Source: Eledone cirrhosa
Taxonomy: Eukaryota
Direction: 5' to 3'
Length of the DNA: 64,000 bases
Assembly: GCA_964016885.1 (NCBI GenBank)
Contig: OZ024752.1
Coordinates: forward strand, 45,384,001 to 45,448,000
In this document: in pieces, positions 57,260 to 64,000 of the stretch
How the letters are laid out: each line of letters begins with the position of its first letter
How positions within the stretch are numbered: position 1 is the first letter of the stretch
The notes under the pieces: generated by a model
The model's input: only the letters and a program-made list of their open reading frames with translations
Told to the model about the DNA's origin: nothing
Databases searched by the model: none
Made by a program: the position numbers and the translations under genes

Positions 57260-58030
57260 TGGCCCGAATGTTGAAGAAGTTTGCTTCCCTATCCAAAGGT
57301 GCTGGGTTCAATCTGATTGGGTAGCATTTTAGACCAGTGTCATTTACCATAGCCTCATGTTTACCCATGCCTTGTGTATGAAATTGGGACAGGGATGGTT
57401 TGGATGCCCATCGGATGGAGGAGTGTACCTGTAATTCAAACGGCCAGCTTTGTTACATACTGTGTCATACTGAATCTCCCTGAGAGTTACGTTAATAGTG
57501 CACATGTTTGTGCAATACTCAGCCATTTTCACTATAACAAAAAATGGACTGTACCTGGAATTCCTAGAGCCAGCCCTGTCACACACTGTGATACTGAATC
57601 TCCCTGAGAATTAAATTAAGGGTACACGTGTCTGTGAAATACTCAGCCTTGTCACACACTGTGAATTCACAGGCTGAATCTCCCTGAGAATTAAATTAAG
57701 GGTACACGTGTTTGTGGAACACTCAGACTTGTCACACTGTGTGATGCTGAATCTCCGAATCTCCCTGGGAGTTACATTAAGGGTACACTTTTTTGTGGAA
57801 TACTCAGCCTTGTCACACACTGTGAATTCACAAGCTGAATCTCCCTGAGAGTTACATTAAGGGTACACGTGTTTGTGAAACACTCAGCCACGTCACACAC
57901 TTTGATGCTGAAACTCTGAATCTTCCTGAGAACTACATCAAAGATTAAAGATTCACATGTCTGTGGAATGCTCAGCCACTTACATGTAAATTTCAAGAGC
58001 AGGTTGTTCTGTTGATTGTACAACTGGAAC
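57260..58030 (+). mobile_element. SINE-like element with a tandemly amplified internal segment of about 70-80 bp; related fragment at about 21590-21750
   Basis: Degenerate tRNA-like head (gggttcaatc); gtcacacactgtg...ctgaatctccctgaga...aagggtacacgtg...tactcagcc repeated about 5-6 times. Confidence 0.6.
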
Positions 58031-58311
58031 ACATATAATCAAAACTAGCAGAGGTTTATTCCACATCTATTCCAATCTCTGCTTCTCTATTTAAATAACT
58101 GCTTGTTAATTTTTTATTTTTCCACAGGTTTATTTGAAATAAGAAAAACTAATTGGGAAAAATTGTTGTGTTTTTTTTTAATTCAAAAATTTAATGAAAT
58201 TTTAAAGAAATTTTAAAGAAAATTTTAAAATTAACAAATTGTTTTTCAGTAAAAAAGTTTATAACAAGAAATTATACTACTTACATGTTATTGTGTGTGT
58301 ATGTGTGTGTG

Positions 58312-58344
<33 letters not shown>

Positions 58345-58407
58345 GTTAGTGTGTGTGTGTATATATATATATATGTATATATATATATTTGTGTGAGTGT
58401 ATGTGTG

Positions 58408-58449
<42 letters not shown>

Positions 58450-58450
58450 A

Positions 58451-58484
<34 letters not shown>

Positions 58485-59433
58485 CTATAAATATATATGT
58501 ATATATATATATACACACATATATATACATATAAGTGTGAGTGTGTGTATATATATATATAAATATATATATATATGTACATATAAGCATGAGTATGTGT
58601 GTGTATGTTTGGCTGTATGAAAAATGTTCCTGGTGATTTTCATAGTATTGGCTAATTCTCCCTAAAAAATAGAAAAAAAGAAAAAAACAATGAAAAACCC
58701 CATTAATAAAAACCCATTAAAATCCTTAAAGTTTTCACAAAGCTTTGGATTATTCCCCTTTAACTCTTCTCTAATAAGAGCTTTGTTATTTAAAATTTTT
58801 GATGTTGAAATCATAATATTTAACTAAAACAAAATATTTTTTTGTATTTAAAAATAACAACAACAAATAATAATAATAATAATAATACAAATAATAATAA
58901 TAATTATAGTGATGACAAGAATGTTGATTATTTTTTTATCTTAAATAATACTTTCTTCATTTTTTTTTTTTGCTAATGTTAATATACATATTGATATATT
59001 ATGTATGAATGTGAATATGTGTGTGTGTGTGTGTGTGTGTGCGCGCACATATTTACATGGTTCTGTATATACATGTAGATATAGAACACACACGCACGTG
59101 TATATCTATATCTATATACATATATATACATATATATATGCATATATATACATATATATACATATATATACATATATATACATATATATACTTATATATA
59201 TATATGCATATATATATATATATACACACATATATATACATATATATATATGCATATATATACATATATATATATGCATATATATATACACACATATATA
59301 TACATATATATATATGCATATATATATACACACATATATATACATATATATATATGCATATATATATATATATACACACATATATATACATATATATATA
59401 TGCATATATATATATATATACACATATATATAC

Positions 59434-59464
<31 letters not shown>

Positions 59465-59523
59465 CATATATATACATATATATATATATATACATATATA
59501 TATACATATATACATACATATAT

Positions 59524-59554
<31 letters not shown>

Positions 59555-60126
59555 CATATATACATGCACACATATATATATATATATACATATATACACA
59601 CACACATATACACATATACATATACACATATACACATATATATATCTGTGTGAATCCATATTTATGTGTTCATACACAAATCTATATATTTGTGTACATG
59701 ATCTTCTCCTGATATATGAAAATCTTTCATATAAATTATATGAAAATATATCAACTGAATTCATTTCTAAATGGGTCTGACATAATACTCCAACACTTAT
59801 GCAATTATTCTGAGAGGGAAAATATCTTTGATTTAGCTTCTTGGAAAATCATAATTATGCAAACCAGTAGAACTTATCCTTACAAATTTTAAAAAGGAAA
59901 AAAATAATAAAATTTAGAAATTAAATTTGATTGAACTTTCTCTTCCCCTCCCCCCTCTACCCGCCATCCCTACTCGAAATTACTGCAAATGATATAGAAT
60001 TGTCGTATTTAAAAAAATAAATCAATAAACTTAATTTATGTTCTCCTAAAATATTCATTAAATCTCCTCTTTTTTTTTTCTTATTTACATTTATATTAAA
60101 TTTTATATATATATATATGTGTGTGA

Positions 60127-60188
<62 letters not shown>

Positions 60189-60422
60189 ATGTAACAGTTC
60201 TGTATGAGCAGGATACAGTCACCTGACCCAAACTTCCTCAAATGGAACAACCTGACTAACCCATGCTAGCGTGGAAGGTGGACGTCAAACGCCGATGATG
60301 ATGATGGTGATATATATATATAAATATATATATGTATATATATATATATGTATATATGTATATATATATATATGTATATATGTATATATAGGTATATATG
60401 TATATATATATATATATATGCG

Positions 60423-60468
<46 letters not shown>

Positions 60469-60471
60469 TGC

Positions 60472-60536
<65 letters not shown>

Positions 60537-60539
60537 TGC

Positions 60540-60584
<45 letters not shown>

Positions 60585-60593
60585 TATATATGC

Positions 60594-60630
<37 letters not shown>

Positions 60631-60922
60631 TATATATATACATATATATATACATGCAATGTTGCAAGCTGTTACAGCAGTTGATTCCAGGAAACTGAAA
60701 GTCAAAATATATCCAACTAATTCTAATTAATATTTGCATGCTATAGTTTTGTATATTCTGATACTTAAAAAAAAAATAATTTATAATTTACACTGTTATA
60801 TCATATCTTTAAAAGCTAAAGGGTTGTGAATTGCTTAGTTGGAAATATTACTAAGACAGTAAACTAAATAAATGGATAATGAGTAACAGTTCTTATTCTC
60901 TATAAATAATTCCCAATGACTG

Positions 60923-60965
<43 letters not shown>

Positions 60966-61078
60966 GTATAAGAATAAAGGAACAAAGAATCAGTGTTGCA
61001 TCATAACATATTACATATGTTTCATTGTCGATCAGCTCGAGGAATGGTCCATTATTGATCGAACCTGACTCTGGACAC

Positions 61079-61121
<43 letters not shown>

Positions 61122-61334
61122 TATATATAATGATAGGTATAAATCGAAATTGTAGCCGAAGTAGAGCAGATACCAATCAAATTGTCTGAGGCAGTCACAA
61201 AGCACTCAATGGTGTGAAAAATTAATATATTTTCATCCAGATTAAACACAACAGTTAAAGTGTGACACCAAGAATAAAGCAACAAATGCATGTGGCCATA
61301 GTTAATATCACAATATATATACATATATATATAT

Positions 61335-61527
61335 AAAATGTGTGCGTCCCAACACAAATGACTATAATAACAGTCAATTACTCTAAGTTGAAAAAAAATC
61401 AGGTAAAGTACCTCAGGCGATGGGAACAGGTGTACACTTTACCCAATTATAGGTATTTACCCATTGTTTATAGTGATCAACTATTATTATGATCACTTGC
61501 GTTAGGACGCAGACATTTCAAATTTCC
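61335..61527. mobile_element. MITE-like element, copy of 36836-37038
   Basis: Shared TIRs and the internal aaaatcaggtaaagtacc. Confidence 0.6.
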
Positions 61528-61680
61528 AATTTTCCCAATGCTTCAAGTTATTCGCTTTGTTGACGTGTGTAAAGGGAGGGCAGTATATAGTGTATATAGT
61601 GTATTTCTTTATTAATGCCATTCCATAGAATCTATTCAATGTTGCACAATATTAAAGTGGCATATTTCTATCAACTTTAA

Positions 61681-61947
61681 CCCTTTAACATTTACATTAC
61701 TCTATATATATACTATTGTATTTTCGTGGTAAAGGCTTTACCTCACATAATTATCTCACATAATATCGAATCTATGAGATTTTGATGTTATTTATTTTGA
61801 GAACAATACCTTAACATCAGTATCAGTGGCCAGATATGACCAGTTTGAACAGAAAGAGGTGAGAGAATTCTGGCCAGATATGACTGGTTTGAACTGAAAG
61901 AGGTGAGATAATTCTGGCCAGATATGGCCGGATTAAATGCTAAAGGG
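61681..61947 (-). mobile_element. piggyBac-like MITE with an internal duplication
   Basis: TTAA|CCCTTTAACATT...AATGCTAAAGGG|TTAA. Confidence 0.75.
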
Positions 61948-62910
61948 TTAAAATGATCATATGGTATGACACTAATAAACACAAACAAGATATATATATA
62001 CCAGCTGGTATTATTTTCAATAAAATACTTTTACTGCAATTTAAACTGTAGAAGCAGATCTTTGGGAGGTAATTTTTGAAATAGTGAAAACTTTTAGATA
62101 TTAAAATATACATACTGCAAAATGTAAATTATTTTTCAGAAGAATCAAAAAAAAAATATTGCATTTAATAAGAAATTTCTCCATAAACAAACATGAAATC
62201 ATTTGAATCATGGTGGACTAAAGCAGAGTAGCAGTAAAAGAATATATTACCATGTCAATCCATTTTCTTACAATTATTTCATTCTTTTATTTTTATAATA
62301 AATAGACTAGAACTATTTTATCTCTTAAAGTCCTGTACCACATGAAACAGCATTAGCAAAACATTCTTGAAAAGTATAAAACAGCTCTATGACAACATCA
62401 CATTAAAAATTAAAGTCTTTACTCCAATGCTACAAATGTTTACAAAGATCTGTCCACCAGTAAAGAGACTATAAACATTTTAATTAACAAACCCATTTTT
62501 TTTTTTTTTTTTTGGGCGGACATTTTCTCAAAAATTATTGCAAGATGTTCGGAACCAGAGTGCTTGAACCACAGTCAATAACGGTGAATAACCTCAGTCT
62601 TTATGTTTGGTTATTGGTTAAGTTTGTTACTGGTGATCTGATCTTAATAGAATCATTATATGATGCTGCTGCAAATATTAGTGGAGTATTTATCTATGAA
62701 TGTGTAATATCAAGAAACTTTAAACTTTAGCAGTACAAATGGGATTTTATTTGAGTATGTATGAATATTTTTATGCACTAGTACAAATGAACTGTTTGTG
62801 TATATGTATACATGTATATATACACATATTACATAAGTGTGTGTATATATATATATATATATATAAATATATATGTATAGATATGTATACATGTATACAT
62901 ACACACACAC

Positions 62911-62948
<38 letters not shown>

Positions 62949-64000
62949 AGATGTGTATATATACATGTATACATACACACACACATGTATATATATATAT
63001 ATATGCATGTGTGTGTACAATTTTCTTCATAGAAAGGTTCACAAAACTGTTAAAAGCATAAATATTGTTTAGCAAACTAGAAAATTGTCTGCAATCATAC
63101 AAGTATATGGATTAACTGGAGTGTGGAATATTTGTAAAAAGGAAAAAAATTGTTAGAATGCAGATATTATATTACAAAGAAATAATGTCCAAATACTTCG
63201 AAGAATGGTGTACATGAGATAGAAAGAATTTAGTATGATGACAAACTTTGTGTGCAAACATTTTCAGAATAAATTTTCCTTTTTTATGAAACTTAAAGTT
63301 ACATATTCTTGTGTGGTGAGAGATGCATCATAAGAAGAAGAAAAAATATATATATACTTAATAAATGTAAATAAGTAAAATTTGATAATGTCTATGTTTT
63401 GAAAATCACAATAATGTTGATGTCAAAATGGCCTGATAAATCTCTTCATTATAATTATTTTGTATCTATTGCTACCTTTCCTTGGGTGCCTAAAAGCTAT
63501 CAACATGTCCCTTCTATTGTGGTGACATGTGAAATAAACTGAATTGTAAGTCCCCAAGAATTGCTTATAAGAATCCTGATTAATAGAAATCTTTGGTGAG
63601 ATCTTTCTACTTCCCATATAAGATTTTTATCAATCAAGGTTCAAGAAAATATTTGTTTAAGTTTTAGTTACTTTTATAAACTTTTGTTTGTTGTTTGGTA
63701 AAAATGTATACACTAGTCACACACACAACAAACATTTTCACAGACAACACGCTCAAACATGCACACATACAATTACATTCATAAAATAAACACTCTTATA
63801 GATATACCCCCACACTCAAACACACACAGCTCTGAAACCAACGGTTATAAGGATGTCTCCAAAACTCAGAGAGGTCCTACAAATAATGTCAAAGTTACTC
63901 CTGTGGCACTCTCAGAGTAGTGACCCTGAATTTTAAGCTTCATTAGTTTTATAGTAGATCCACCACGAACATATATATATATATATAGTTAATTAGAAAG

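Noticed and set aside
40600-60740. Numerous Y/I/M/C-rich ORFs
   Set aside because: Translations of (TA)n/(TATG)n tracts.

Overview
Eukaryotic, very AT-rich, microsatellite-dense animal DNA. The repeat content suggests an octopod cephalopod, which is an inference. The only protein-coding gene supported is the 3' part of a Shal/Kv4 (KCND) voltage-gated K+ channel on the + strand: three phase-0 exons at 5503-5685, 12319-12477 and 39482-39763, ending in ...VKISTL*. Almost all other ORFs in the track are artefacts of (TA)n/(CA)n tracts or minisatellites, apart from one RTE-type LINE remnant. The introns and downstream region hold tRNA-derived SINEs, piggyBac-, hAT- and Tc1/pogo-like MITEs, and several minisatellites, some of which grew inside those mobile elements. 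The most striking signal is a dense set of short non-coding islands, mostly embedded in (TA)n tracts. They come from several unrelated sequence families but share one architecture: a long inverted repeat whose arms begin in or next to a type I hammerhead ribozyme, then a one-sided tail carrying a GAGTGCTC-like motif, then (TA)n. About ten complete or near-complete hammerhead folds and several half-hammerheads can be read by eye, four of them on the Kv4 sense strand. This matches Penelope-like retroelement pLTR remnants, possibly mobilised as non-autonomous hairpin/ribozyme units. All folds were paired by eye; no folding or database search was run.
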